Origin: Tetramitus jugosus
Lineage: Eukaryota; Protista; Heterolobosea
Length of the DNA: 64,000 bases
NCBI GenBank assembly: GCA_937625935.1
Contig: OW569361.1
Coordinates: 372,001-436,000, forward strand
Direction of reading: 5' to 3'
The notes beneath the pieces were generated by a model. That model worked only from the letters and a program-made list of their open reading frames with translations, did not search any database and was not told the origin of the DNA. Position numbers and translations under genes: made by a program. Positions 10,062-22,000 of this stretch are shown one piece after another; the first letter of the stretch is position 1, and each line of letters begins with the position of its first letter.

Positions 10062-10919
10062 ATGTCCCTGCAAGCACCATCTATCGTGGATGACTCTCAA
10101 ACGGATAAGCAACAACAACCACGCTCCAGAAACTCTCGAAGACTTAGTGGATTGTTTGCCAGAGTTTCCTCTGCTTTCGATTACGAACACGTCCAGGAAA
10201 GCGGAGAAACGGCGGAGATTATTGACCCGATTCACCGCACTTGGAATTGTGTACCAGAGTTGACTGAGCAGGACCAGGTTGAGCTGTCTCATGTGCTTCA
10301 AAAGCAACAGAGAAACATTGAGCTTAAGATTGGGATCTACGGAGAAACGAACGTCGGAAAAACTGCCTTCATACAAAAGATGACCACTCATCAATTTAGT
10401 GATGTGAGAAGGCCTCAAGCTACAAGCTCACAGTGTAAGAAAAGAGTTGATGGAAGGGACTTTTTGCTGCAGTTTGTGGACTGTGAGGTCGATTTCTTGA
10501 CGAGTATCCTTCAGACTGACATGGTCGATGAGATGCAAGCTTTTGTTTTCATATTTGACAGTGAATCATCCATGACGAAGCAATTGATTGATCATGTGAA
10601 TACGATACATAACAGTGTGACAACCAAGGTGCATCAACAAACTGAATGCAGAGCTAGACTCATCGAGAGAAAGGTCAAATGGAAGGATCTACCTATTCTT
10701 GTGCTGTTTAACATCAAATCTGAATTTCCACCATCTATTGAATCGATGCAGCGCTTGGTAGAGTCGCAATTTCGCTTCCCAGTTCCCTTTATCCCTGTGA
10801 ACGTACGCACTGGGCATCATATGGATATAGTGGCCACTCAACTTGTTAGAATTGCTGCTTCCAAGACTCTTCATCTTACGAACAAGTACAGTCAAGACAA
10901 GAAATGCAGTCTTATGTAA
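10062..10919 (+). CDS. Divergent Ras-superfamily GTPase-like protein with CaaX box
   Basis: P-loop GETNVGKT, Ras-like strand order, C-terminal KKCSLM; G3/G4/G5 motifs are degenerate. Confidence 0.8.
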   Translation: MSLQAPSIVDDSQTDKQQQPRSRNSRRLSGLFARVSSAFDYEHVQESGETAEIIDPIHRTWNCVPELTEQDQVELSHVLQKQQRNIELKIGIYGETNVGKTAFIQKMTTHQFSDVRRPQATSSQCKKRVDGRDFLLQFVDCEVDFLTSILQTDMVDEMQAFVFIFDSESSMTKQLIDHVNTIHNSVTTKVHQQTECRARLIERKVKWKDLPILVLFNIKSEFPPSIESMQRLVESQFRFPVPFIPVNVRTGHHMDIVATQLVRIAASKTLHLTNKYSQDKKCSLM

Positions 10920-11022
10920 CTTGACAATAGCACAGCATCTCTATCCCCCAATACACTTCACTGTCCTTGTTGAACATTTTTTTCGGAGCGGATATTTCTC
11001 CAAAAATCCGACACTTTCACAA

Positions 11023-12009
11023 ATGAACAACAGCAGTGATGATCATGCACATGAACAAGATGAGAAGCAGAATAGTGATTTTCACCAAAGTGTAATGGAA
11101 CAAGATGGTTTCACAATTCACCATTCCCAGAAAAAGTCCGATTATCCGTCGTCCTTTACAAAATGGAGTGGAAATGCTTCACAGAAGAAGAGAGCGAGAG
11201 GAGGTTTCAAGTACAAGATGGATGAGAAGGCAAGACAAGCCATTCAAGAAGAAACAAATAGCAAATTGCTCATAGAAAAACTAAAGGACAGCTTGCAGGA
11301 GTATTGCAGCAAATTGAAGGAGTTCTCATTTTGTAGTTTTGTGCTAGAAATGTTTGGATTGTTTCACAAGCAAAGATCAATGTTTGAAAAAGTTGATTTG
11401 ATTTGTTATGGTATTGGTGACTTGTTTACTTCACGTATTGCTCAGATTCAATTCTCAAGTTTGTTGATACTGAAGCAGAACTTTCGAGAGAGTGCAGGTG
11501 TGGAGATTGTAAACTGTTCAGTTTATGACCCGATTATGCTGTTGAATCATGGACCTCAATCCATCAATGAACTCAATACCTTCTTGAATACAGAGTATGG
11601 AGTGAGTTGGCCGAGTGCAAATGATGAGTGCAAATATTCTTGTGTGCGAGATACTGTATTCTTTATGCCTCACTGTTCGAAACAAATGTATTGCAATGTG
11701 ATTTCATCCAACTTGAATCAGCTGAATCAATTGTTTATATGTGGAAACAATTTTTCTTCTTATTCCATGAGGAAGCCGTCAAAGTTATTGGCGTTGTTCG
11801 AAGTGGAACACTCTTGGAATGGAAGAATGGGGACTAAGAGAAGAGCCGACAAGCTCAAACAACTCATTTTTGAATCATTCAATGATACAGCAGTACACTG
11901 GACAGACAAAGAATCAGCTCAAATATCAGATATAGATATAGATAACAACGATGTGGAATTGATCTCGAACCAGCAGTTGGACGAATCTCTGCAAGAGTTA
12001 GGCTCATAG
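11023..12009 (+). CDS. SRRD: SRR1-like domain protein
   Basis: LICYGIGD...AQIQF..L, VYDPI, TVFFMPHC..MYCN, ICGNNF, ESFNDTAVH motifs. Confidence 0.88.
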   Translation: MNNSSDDHAHEQDEKQNSDFHQSVMEQDGFTIHHSQKKSDYPSSFTKWSGNASQKKRARGGFKYKMDEKARQAIQEETNSKLLIEKLKDSLQEYCSKLKEFSFCSFVLEMFGLFHKQRSMFEKVDLICYGIGDLFTSRIAQIQFSSLLILKQNFRESAGVEIVNCSVYDPIMLLNHGPQSINELNTFLNTEYGVSWPSANDECKYSCVRDTVFFMPHCSKQMYCNVISSNLNQLNQLFICGNNFSSYSMRKPSKLLALFEVEHSWNGRMGTKRRADKLKQLIFESFNDTAVHWTDKESAQISDIDIDNNDVELISNQQLDESLQELGS

Positions 12010-12015
12010 ATTGAA

Positions 12016-14587
12016 TCAGACAAAGAGTTTCTGAAATTTTATTGGTTCTGAACCCTCTTCGTCGTATGAACTGTATCCAAGTTCTATTCCTGAAGTTACT
12101 AAATGTCTCCGAACACCTTTGCTTGACATGTTCATCAAAAGCTCCTTTTTCTGTCTGCTCTGTTCTTTCTTTTCTTTCTCCTTCATGTTTCGAGCATAAG
12201 CAACTTGTTGTGAACTAAAGATAATATTGGAAATAATTAGCAAAATGACCAATAGAGAAAGGTGTTCTAATTTGAAAACTAACATACTGAAAGAATTTGC
12301 TAACTGGGTCATTCTCTAGATAGAATTCTGGCTTCATTTGGGTTTGTTGAGCTTCTAGTTTCTGAGCCAGTCGTTCACTCAATCTTGTGAACAAACCTGG
12401 AGATGCATCATCCGAATGGTGCATTGGGTTGTTTAATTCGACAGCTTTTAGGTAATCGACAGTGTCTGACCATTGTTCCATATTTTGGATTAGCTCGGTT
12501 CTCTTCATTCGATTCAACACTTCGTCATAACTCAAATCCAGTATCTGTTGTTTAAAAGGTCGGAAGTCAATTTGTTTTGTTCCTTTCTTCTTGATTCCTA
12601 GTATTTCATCCGAAATCCTCTTGTTCTTGCTGAATCCCTTCCGAATTGTTTCACTAAAGCTGATTGTCACAGGCTCCCTCAATACGTTCTCAATATGACC
12701 CCATTTCTCATGATTGATTTGAAGATTTCTCTGATCCAAACTACTGATCTTGACACCAAAGGTTCTTCCAATTTCTTCCAGGTCAATTGCATCCTTTTTC
12801 GATTTGGTTATCACTCCCAGCATATATTCTGCGTCGAAAGAGCGCTTATTGCTCTGATTCATTCTTCTGTGCCTATTCTTTTGGACAATATAATCTTCTT
12901 CCTCATCAACCAATACAGATTCAGTTTTTCCTTCTTCATCACTAATGTTACACTCGGCAATGTTCAGACTTTGTAATTCCTTCTTCTCCAGTGGCTCGTT
13001 TCCAAAATCCATTTTGTACTTCAAAATTTTCTTCCTCCCGTTCAAGAGGGGAGGATCTAATGTCAATTTCTTTCCCAATTTCTTGTTGTTATGAGCACAT
13101 ATATCGTAAATTTCTTCGTTTTCAGCTAACATATACTCACCTATTGTCATAATCTTGCCATTAATCACTTTAAGCATCGGAAAGGGTGTGTTGTAACTTC
13201 TAGGGACAGGACACAGTTTGGTTCTTTCAATTACATCCTTCGGATCATCTAAGATTTGATACAATTGTTCAATACTCTTCAAAAAGGGACCCATGTCACT
13301 CATTTCAAAATCGTGAAGAAATTGGTTCATTTTCTCTTGCTGTTCTGCGAAGGCAACATAAGAATTAACTGGTTTCTTTGGTACTTCTTGCGGCTTCTTG
13401 ACCTTCAGATTGTTGGCTAATAGATTCACAGTTGTCTTTGTTTTCCTAAGTTGTGAAAGCTGATTGGGTATTTGTTCGTTTAAATTTCGGGCACTTACAG
13501 ACTTTTGGAGCATAGTTTTTCCACTCTGTTGTTCCATAGGAGAAACAGTCATGTGCCGTAAACTACTAATGGTATTATTCATAAATCGAGGTTTCAGACT
13601 TTTTCCTCCGTCTTGAAGATCAATCGAAACGAGGTTATCCACGCTCTGTTGCCTTTTAAAGTATAGTGCTGATGATGTAGAGTGTTGACGTTTCAATTCA
13701 GGAGTATCTTTTGGTCCCGTGCCAGAAAATTCATCCATGTATTTCGTTTTGACTTTCAGAGTCTTTCGTTTTTGGGTTTTAAAGAACGACAGTGGTGGAT
13801 GTGATACACCTGTCTTGATATCAGTTATATTGTTGTGGTCTTTAGTTTTCTTCGAGTTTTCTTCGGGATTGGGATAATAGGGTCGAAATGGGTGATAAAA
13901 TAATAGCGCCTGAACAATCGCTACCCTATTATCCTGTATAGGGATAGGGTTAAACCGGAAATCAATCTCTTCTAAATGCTGGAGATGGCCCAGTTCTTTA
14001 ATTGCTCCAAGATTGGTAATCCGATTGCGAGAAATATCAATTTTAGTCAACAAGGGACAACACTCTACCAATCTTACAGAGAGTTAGTTTGACCAAAAGA
14101 TCCATGTATCCAACATACAACACAATCATTTACCTCATACTAGACAGATTCCGGATAGAATTATGAGACAAGCACACAACTCGCAATTGTGTAAATATGT
14201 TAATATCGATTGGCACATCAGATAAGCCCGAAAAACTTAAGTTAATCTGTTCCATCATGGGAACGAGTTTTCTATCAAAATACTACTTTCAAGGTTGTTT
14301 AGCACGAAAAGGAACAAACCATTCCAACCAAAACTACATACTGGTAATCGTTTCAAGATAGAATCCACTGAAGAAAATCCTTTCATATCTTTGATCGATT
14401 CTTCATCATCTTCCAAAAGGGAATCTTCACTTCGAATGTCCGAAGGAGTCTTGGATTGTGTTCTATCCCGGCTTTCAGGTCTACTAGTGGGGGTAGTTGC
14501 TCGTCGAGATGATATGCTATCGAGTGATTCTCTTCGAGAAGGTGACCCATCTCCCAGCAAGGACAGAAAATCATTGTTCTCACTCAT
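12016..14587 (-). CDS. Leucine-rich-repeat protein, 4 exons
   Basis: Introns 14283-14341, 14073-14133 and 12215-12287 (GT..AG, frame-consistent) join the track ORFs. LRRs: QINLSFSGLSDV, LRVVCLSHNSIRNL, LTKIDISRNRITNL, LEEIDFRFNPI. Confidence 0.75.
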
Positions 14588-14681
14588 TGTCGTCCTTTGC
14601 GCTCTTGTCGTCTTTTACATATTAACGGCTAACGGAGAATATCTAGAAGACGATTTATTGGTCAAACAACACGACGAGATT

Positions 14682-16952
14682 CTACTCTCCATTTGTTCTT
14701 ATTTCCGCTTCGTTCATCTGCTTCTCGAATTCCATTAGTCCCAATAATTCTGTGGAACAGCACATCATTCTGCTAGGCTCTGACACACAAAGTTGCTCAT
14801 CAATCATGTAGCACTGAATAATTGTGTCTGTCGCAGTCTCATATACATTAAAGAATAGAGAAGATATTCTGTAACTAGTGAAGAAGATGAAGGAGAGCAG
14901 AAGTAGTGAGAAGTTGTTAGTTGGCTCCACTTTGCCAGAGCTGGATGGAATGACGAGAGACATCCAATAGGCCAAATAACAAGTGGCAATAGCTACAAAT
15001 ATCTTTCCACAGAACAGTACCCAATCCACAATCCAGTCCAATACTAAGATTTGGGCATTATGTTTCCTGATGAGCTTCATTGCCTTTCTGCTCGATGCTA
15101 GGAATGTTGTGCCATAGATGGCTACCTGTATGTAAGCATGCTTGGTAATTGTTGAAACTATCCAATTGAAAATAGAAATGAAAAAGCGTATGATCCATGC
15201 GAGGATAGAAGCCAGAGTTCCTACCACTGGCTTGTTCTTGAGAGCTCTCTCTACCTTTGCAACAAAGCGCTTCAAGACGAAACTCAGGAACTTTACAGTA
15301 CCTACGACCAACGATCCAAAAGCAACACTTCCCAAACTGTAAAACAAAACAGTCGATGCAGCTCGTGCTACGGGCATAGTTAAAAACATGGTTCCTCGTT
15401 TTTGCTTTGGTGTAAAGTACCACTGAGAGATTACATTTGCTGCTGCAGTAGTTGTAAAGGCAGTAATGAACTGACTGATCCAGAAAAATGCAAATAGATG
15501 CAGTGTTGAGGAGAGTCTGATGAGTTTGCTGTACGCAAACACTGTGTTTTGCTTCTCCACGACTGTTGAACCAGAACTCCACAAGTTAATACTCATCAAG
15601 AACCAGTACAGATAAAATACCAACAAGAATGAGAACATTCCAACCGAAAAAAGCATCAACTGCGGTACAGAACTAACAGCTCTTGCAGCCTCTCTCATAA
15701 TTCCTACTGCTCTATTCACAGTCTTCATATGAAGATATAAAAACCAGGAATAAACAATCAGCAGCATTCCCAGAGCAATGGAAATCAATCCATACATTTG
15801 TGTGCTCAACATGGAACTATAATAGTAGAAATTCTCGCTCCTTGGCACTGCAGAAATTGGGATATACTTCTCCCGCCACTGGAAAGCCTCCATTAGTGAC
15901 AACGAAGAAGCAGCCAAGAGCATAATAAACACTGTGCTGATAGCAAACCAAATAAAAAATTTGGCAAATAGACGAATCACGAACATGAATACGAATCCGA
16001 GCAACAGTGATCCAACCATGCTCAACAATATAATCTTCCACTGTCTGGCAACATGTGCCACTGATTCAGTCACTGCTGGTGGCAACATGGAAGCATACCT
16101 GCTCAGTACATCCGTTGCGGGAACAAAATGAGCAGCTTTCAACGATTGTGATGTCGGGATACATCGATTGATCACTGTTCTGAACTGTAATTGATCCGAT
16201 GGTTCCACAAACTCTTTTCCATCAGGTCTCTTGAACATGCATCCACCCACAGCAGTACCATTCTTCATATTGGGCTCCAACTCTGGTGGACAATAATTTG
16301 CATTCTTCTTCATTCCTGGACAATAGCTGACACAGATACCACCATGTGCCGTAGGGTCCTGAGTATCCAAAAAGTACAAGTATGGCTTGCTAGTCAAATC
16401 ATAAAACTGATCTTCCTTGCTATTGTAAAAATCTTTGAACAAGTGCCAAACTTGTTGTTGACACTCTTCACTGTACACTGAAGATTGACATGCTGCGACA
16501 TAGGGCACACTCAACGTATTTACAGATGGGAACAATGATGCCACATTTTTCTGATCACTCTTCCTTCTAAACCAACTAATACCTCCACTTGTAGAGGTAG
16601 ATGCAGCAGGAGCCTTGTTCTGTGAACCACATGACCGACCGAGAAAATCAGTTGGATAGAGCAATGTCTTTGGTTGAGCCTTCCACTTCCATCGACTACT
16701 GCCATACACGACACTCAAAATCAACAAGAAGCACAGGAACAGAAACAAGAAGAAAAAGTCATTGCATGGTTGATGCTTTGTCTTGAATGGGAGTGCAGTG
16801 GTCGATGATGAGGATGCATGAACAGACTCGGACAGGTATTGAGCCTCGGTTGTGCTTTGATTGGTGTCATATTGATCCTCTTCTTCATCATCATCAATGT
16901 ACGGTTGATCCAATTCGATTTGGTCATTGAGGAAATAGGTGTTATGTGACAT
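14682..16952 (-). CDS. Choline transporter-like protein (CTL/SLC44/Pns1)
   Basis: CNDFFFL, LLYPTDFLGRSCG, ICVSYCP, YSLGSVAFGSLV, AYIQVAIYGTTF, VYETATDTIIQC; about 10 TM helices. Confidence 0.93.
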   Translation of the reverse strand: MSHNTYFLNDQIELDQPYIDDDEEEDQYDTNQSTTEAQYLSESVHASSSSTTALPFKTKHQPCNDFFFLFLFLCFLLILSVVYGSSRWKWKAQPKTLLYPTDFLGRSCGSQNKAPAASTSTSGGISWFRRKSDQKNVASLFPSVNTLSVPYVAACQSSVYSEECQQQVWHLFKDFYNSKEDQFYDLTSKPYLYFLDTQDPTAHGGICVSYCPGMKKNANYCPPELEPNMKNGTAVGGCMFKRPDGKEFVEPSDQLQFRTVINRCIPTSQSLKAAHFVPATDVLSRYASMLPPAVTESVAHVARQWKIILLSMVGSLLLGFVFMFVIRLFAKFFIWFAISTVFIMLLAASSLSLMEAFQWREKYIPISAVPRSENFYYYSSMLSTQMYGLISIALGMLLIVYSWFLYLHMKTVNRAVGIMREAARAVSSVPQLMLFSVGMFSFLLVFYLYWFLMSINLWSSGSTVVEKQNTVFAYSKLIRLSSTLHLFAFFWISQFITAFTTTAAANVISQWYFTPKQKRGTMFLTMPVARAASTVLFYSLGSVAFGSLVVGTVKFLSFVLKRFVAKVERALKNKPVVGTLASILAWIIRFFISIFNWIVSTITKHAYIQVAIYGTTFLASSRKAMKLIRKHNAQILVLDWIVDWVLFCGKIFVAIATCYLAYWMSLVIPSSSGKVEPTNNFSLLLLSFIFFTSYRISSLFFNVYETATDTIIQCYMIDEQLCVSEPSRMMCCSTELLGLMEFEKQMNEAEIRTNGE

Positions 16953-17194
16953 TGTTTAACACTGCACAAATGATATAATACAGTGAGACTACCAAGAACG
17001 ACTAAAATGTTATTGTGGACCGGTGGCTCAGTGGTTGGGTTTTGATGCTCCAGCTTTCGCGAGATGTTTTTCTGCGGGGAACAAAGAATAAAAATACATT
17101 ATTTTCGCCGGCATCAAAATGGTGAACTTGCAACCAATTGATTGAATCATGCTCAATTTCACACAAAACAACGAAAAACAACAAACAGAACACT

Positions 17195-18964
17195 ATGATT
17201 ACTCCATCCTTCCAATGCACTCAAAACGATGATTTCATCATCGTTTCCATCTCCCTACCCAACGTCAAAATGACCAACATGGAATACACTGTCGTTGACA
17301 ACACATTCCGCTTCTTTGTTCATCCTTATTTTCTCCGACTGACCTTTGCCGAGAATGAAGTGTTTGTCAATGATGGAACAGACTATGCACAATACGATAT
17401 TGAAAAATCCATTGTTCACGTTCATGTTCCCAAGCGTGAAAAGGGTCAAATTTGGACTGACCTTAATATGATTACTCGGTTGCTTCAATCGAGTGTCAAT
17501 CCGTTTGATCATCAAGCAAATAGTAGTCAGCAGGGAAATGTAGTGGTGGAAGACGCATTGAAAACAAAGGTTGCTTCTTCTTCAGCTGCTCCATTGACGG
17601 ACAATCGGGATAGTGGATTTTTATTTGCGGAGAAAAAGCAGGATGGCGCCAAAAAAGAGTTTAGCTCCGATGTTGAATCTACGAATGAAGCTTCACATTT
17701 GAAAGCTTTCAATGAGGTCAATGTGGGAGGAGATGACGATAATGAAGATGACAATGAAGATATGCAACAATCAACAAAACGAATGGCTCCGTTGATTGAA
17801 GTGATCAGTGAACACAATTTCGAAGACGATGTCAATGATCATGGTGAAATGACTGATGAACCCGCTGCGCAACAATATCAAGCTGAAAATCAAACGAATT
17901 TTGATTTTTCATGGGAACAAACTGTTCCAAAGCCCTTTGTCGATGCAAGCTCTACAACTGCCACCACATCCACATCCACACACAGAGATAGCTCTCTGCT
18001 CAACGTGGAGAAGAATGAGTCATTGATGATGGATGATGAAGATGAGAGTGGTGAAGATGGTGGTGGTGTCAAGATTCACAAGGTTCACTATGGTTTCAAC
18101 CAACAGTACACCAATTTCTTCTCCAATTATACTCTGGACCTCATTACTGAAGTCATAGAGCTTCCAACACCAGAGGAAACGGAAGCAAAAGACAGGACAA
18201 GAATGAGAGTCGAAATGGACAGTGAATGCTTTGATGTAGAGCACTATTTGGCAGATTTGATCAATGATGAGATGATTAGAGAAGTGATGCAATTCACACC
18301 AAGGTTCTCCAACCCAAAAAAGAAGGAAGTGAGTTGGAACGAGGTAGAACAGACCATGTTGTCTAATTTGCCACGTAGAAAGTATTTGATTCAGGATGAG
18401 AGAGCTGTTTATTTGTCATTGTTGGATATTTTGTGTTCGTATTGCTATAATCATCGAACATTTTTGGGAGAGAATAATGCAGAGAGTGCATGGACAATCA
18501 GTAAGATGAGCTGTACGCTGTCATGGTTCGAACAATTCGATAGTTTAAAGTTTTGTCTTAAGGGATTTATTTCGCGAGTGTTGTGCTACCCGTTGTACAG
18601 AAACTTTAATCTGGCAAAACAATGCATTCGTGATGCCATCTCATTGATGAGAGCAGGAAAGTCCCATATACTTCGAGTGTTGCTTGAAGTCAAATACATT
18701 TTGGAGCACAGCCCTGGATCAGGACAGTACTTGCTCTGCAAGCTGTACATTGATGATTATGCCTCATGGATACAGCATGAGCATGAAACACGATTTAGTT
18801 TGTTGGCAAATGAAGTGGAAGAAACACTAAGCAAAATAACGGCTAGTGACTTTGATCAAGAGTTCCAACTTTCGGCAATAGAACGGTTTGCGATTGAAAA
18901 TGCAGAGGAAATGAGAAATGAAATGATGGCAGAAATGGACAATTCACGTCCTGTCATGATGTAA
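17195..18964 (+). CDS. SHQ1: H/ACA snoRNP assembly factor SHQ1
   Basis: MITPSF...QNDDFI, PYFLRLTF, YGFNQQY, ESAWTISKMS.TLSW, RVLCYPLYRNF, KLYIDDY. Confidence 0.95.
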   Translation: MITPSFQCTQNDDFIIVSISLPNVKMTNMEYTVVDNTFRFFVHPYFLRLTFAENEVFVNDGTDYAQYDIEKSIVHVHVPKREKGQIWTDLNMITRLLQSSVNPFDHQANSSQQGNVVVEDALKTKVASSSAAPLTDNRDSGFLFAEKKQDGAKKEFSSDVESTNEASHLKAFNEVNVGGDDDNEDDNEDMQQSTKRMAPLIEVISEHNFEDDVNDHGEMTDEPAAQQYQAENQTNFDFSWEQTVPKPFVDASSTTATTSTSTHRDSSLLNVEKNESLMMDDEDESGEDGGGVKIHKVHYGFNQQYTNFFSNYTLDLITEVIELPTPEETEAKDRTRMRVEMDSECFDVEHYLADLINDEMIREVMQFTPRFSNPKKKEVSWNEVEQTMLSNLPRRKYLIQDERAVYLSLLDILCSYCYNHRTFLGENNAESAWTISKMSCTLSWFEQFDSLKFCLKGFISRVLCYPLYRNFNLAKQCIRDAISLMRAGKSHILRVLLEVKYILEHSPGSGQYLLCKLYIDDYASWIQHEHETRFSLLANEVEETLSKITASDFDQEFQLSAIERFAIENAEEMRNEMMAEMDNSRPVMM

Positions 18965-19008
18965 ACGATTTCTTTTTACCAACTAGCTGATTCTGATTTG
19001 ATGTTGTT

Positions 19009-22000
19009 CTACGTGTTTTGTTCAATAACTTGAGTCTCCTCCAAGTACTGTTCTAACTCGGCAATTAAGCTTGCTCTTTCATGTGTAAACCTATATCTAT
19101 ACAATAACTTGTAGAGAACACTAAAGTGTCGATCGAGTTGTTCGACGGGACAGCCTTCTGTGGCTCTCAAAAAGCTCTCAAACCAAGAATTGAGACCATC
19201 AACATCAATATTCACATCAGGAACCACAGGTTCAGGTTCAGGTTCAGGAACAACCTGTTGCTCTATGACAGGTGTAGTTACCACTGGCACCTGGGTAGTG
19301 TCAGGTTCTTCGGTTGGAACATTATTACTCACAGGTTCTGCGGTATTTTGCTCCAAACTTTGTTCTTGCGTGACTACCGAAGGCGAAACAGGATCCTGAG
19401 GTACAGATTCTTGAACTGGATCTTTAGAAACAGACTCTTGAACGACCTCTTCTGTTGCCGTGGACTCTGTCTCAGATATGTCCATTGCAGAACTGGTTGT
19501 ATTCGATTCTGTATTGATCTCAATAGGATTAGTCTCATTGTTTTCTTCTGCGACGCTAGTACTTGTTGTTGCTTCTCCGTTGGCAGTTGTTTGCACTTCC
19601 TTCTTCTTTCTTTCAAGCTCTCTCCTCTTTGCAATCACCTTACATTTCTTCACGATATCCTTCGGTATTGCTTGCAGTGCAGACTTCATGACTTCATAGA
19701 TCTGTTTGGCCTTGCTGAAGTTCTTTTTAGCAGTGTAGGAATCTCCATTCGGCTGATACAAAGCACTATCCTTGATGACCTGCTTGAGATCACGTGTGAA
19801 CGCTTTCAATGTGGAATACTTGTTATGTTCCAAATTATCCAAAATATCATACAAATAAAGAAGATTACTGGTCTCTGGTTCCTCATTATCTGATCCAACC
19901 TGTTGGTGAGTTGGCTTTGGTGGTTTCATAAATACTTCAAACCTCTTGTTGGTCAGTAATTGTAACATTGGATCTCGCAAGCGGATACGTAGCTCGTTAA
20001 TTGCTAATTCTTCCTCTCTCTTCCTTTTATCTTCATCCTGCTCGCTTTCCTCTACAGGTGGTGCTGGAGGAGGAGCAAGGGGAAGCTCTGGATAAACCTG
20101 AGTGTTTTGCTTCTTGTGCTTCACAATCGGCTTTCTGAGGACATCCGTTAAAAACACTGAGAACATCTCTCTTCTGTGCTCTGTTGTTGGCGCCTTAACC
20201 AAGAAATGATGCTCATAAAACAGTTTCTGTACAGGGAGGGGCAGATGTGATAATGATCTACTATTGTTAGCAGTTACAATCACGAGGACATTCAATGAAG
20301 AGGGCAAATCTTGAAGCATAGAACAGAGAGTGGACTGCAACACTTCAGAGGATCTCATCCACCACTCGTTGATATTGGGAAGCCAGAGTACAGATGGTGA
20401 GCTCTTTCTCGCTTCGGCAAAAGTGGAAATCAGTGCTTCCTCGGCGCTTCTCACATTTTGATTTGTGATCAATGAAGCAAAATCTAGGGAAAATAAGGGC
20501 ATCTCCTCAAGAGCATATAAAACTGCTCTGGCAAGAGTTAACTGACCCATTCCCTCATCTCCATAAAGCAAGATCCAAGGTCTATATGATGGTGGATTAA
20601 TGAGATAATCTGAGATCTCATGATCCATGTATGATATCTCAGAAAAGTTGGTGTACTCGTCATTAGCTGACTCTTCATTTGTCATTGTGTCCGCATCACT
20701 AGTAGAACCGGTTGGAACAATTTCATCATGTCTATCCAAAAACTTGGATGAAATAGGGAATACTTTCCGGATTAGATCCTTGATTAGTTGCAATTTCTCC
20801 ACAAAAAGAGGTGCGAGATGGGAAGGAAGAGGCCTAGAATGAACAATAGCACTTCGGTGAGAAGCAGGAGTTATACTCTTCATAGCATCTAGGAAGTCAA
20901 TCTTTTGAACTTGAACCGAGTCGATATCAATCATCAGACGAGCGTTGCTGCTGTACACTTGTGGATACTTTCGCTTTAAGGAACAAAGCGCAGCCTCAGC
21001 ACACAAAGCTTTGATATCAGCTCCACAATACCCAACACAACGCTTTGCGATATCCTCTGATAAGCCAGGAGGAACTGGAGGCTGCCAGTTTCGCGTGTGA
21101 ATTCCAAATATCTCCCTCCGAGCATTCTTTGATGGAAGAGTAAAGATTAGCTCTCGATCAAAACGACCAGGTCTTCTCAGAGCAGGATCGATTGAATCAA
21201 TTCTATTCGTCGCACCAATCACTACCACTTGTCCTCTGTTATCGAGACCGTCCATGAGCGCCAACAAGGTCGATACAATCGAACTGTGAATATAATCTTG
21301 CTTGGATGAACGTACAGGAGCCAATCCGTCGATTTCATCAAAGAAGATGATGGATGGCTGAAGTTTCTTTGCTTCGTCAAATAGCAATCTCAACTGCTTT
21401 TCAGCCTCTCCAACCCACTTGCTCAGAATATCAGCACCTTTTCTCATGAAAAAGGCGATTGGTCTTGCACTGTTTGAGCAACTATTAGCGAGAGCACGAG
21501 CTACTAGGGTCTTTTGTATGCATAGATGGGTAGTGTGAGTTAGTACAGGTTATGTGAATGAGGAGAAGTACAAAAAAGTTGCTATTTCTACAAACCTTGC
21601 CCGTGCCCGGAGGTCCAAAGAAGATAACACCGCGAGGTGGCGTAATGTCAAACTTGTGGAACACTTCTGGATAAAGGAGTGGTAGTACAACCATTTCCTT
21701 GAGTGCATCTACATGATGTTGTAATCCTCCGATCTGATCCCATCCAACATTACCAACCTTCATTGGATCAATATCGGCAGAAGGCTTTCCCTTGTTTCCT
21801 TGGAGATCATTTAAATTAATAGGCGCTATATGTGAATATTTGGAGCTGCTTGAAAGAGAACTCTTTGCTGCGTTCATTTGTCCCGGCATCTCATCATCAG
21901 ATGAGTCAGATGATGATGAGTCAGAAAGAACAGGAGTTTGTACTTCAACAGGAACGGGCTTTGGTGGTGTTTGCCTCAATATTTGGATCCTCTCCTTGGA

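Noticed and set aside
19126-19893. 255-aa plus-strand ORF with RFRFRF
   Set aside because: Antisense to the low-complexity ATAD2 C-terminus (PEPEPEP).
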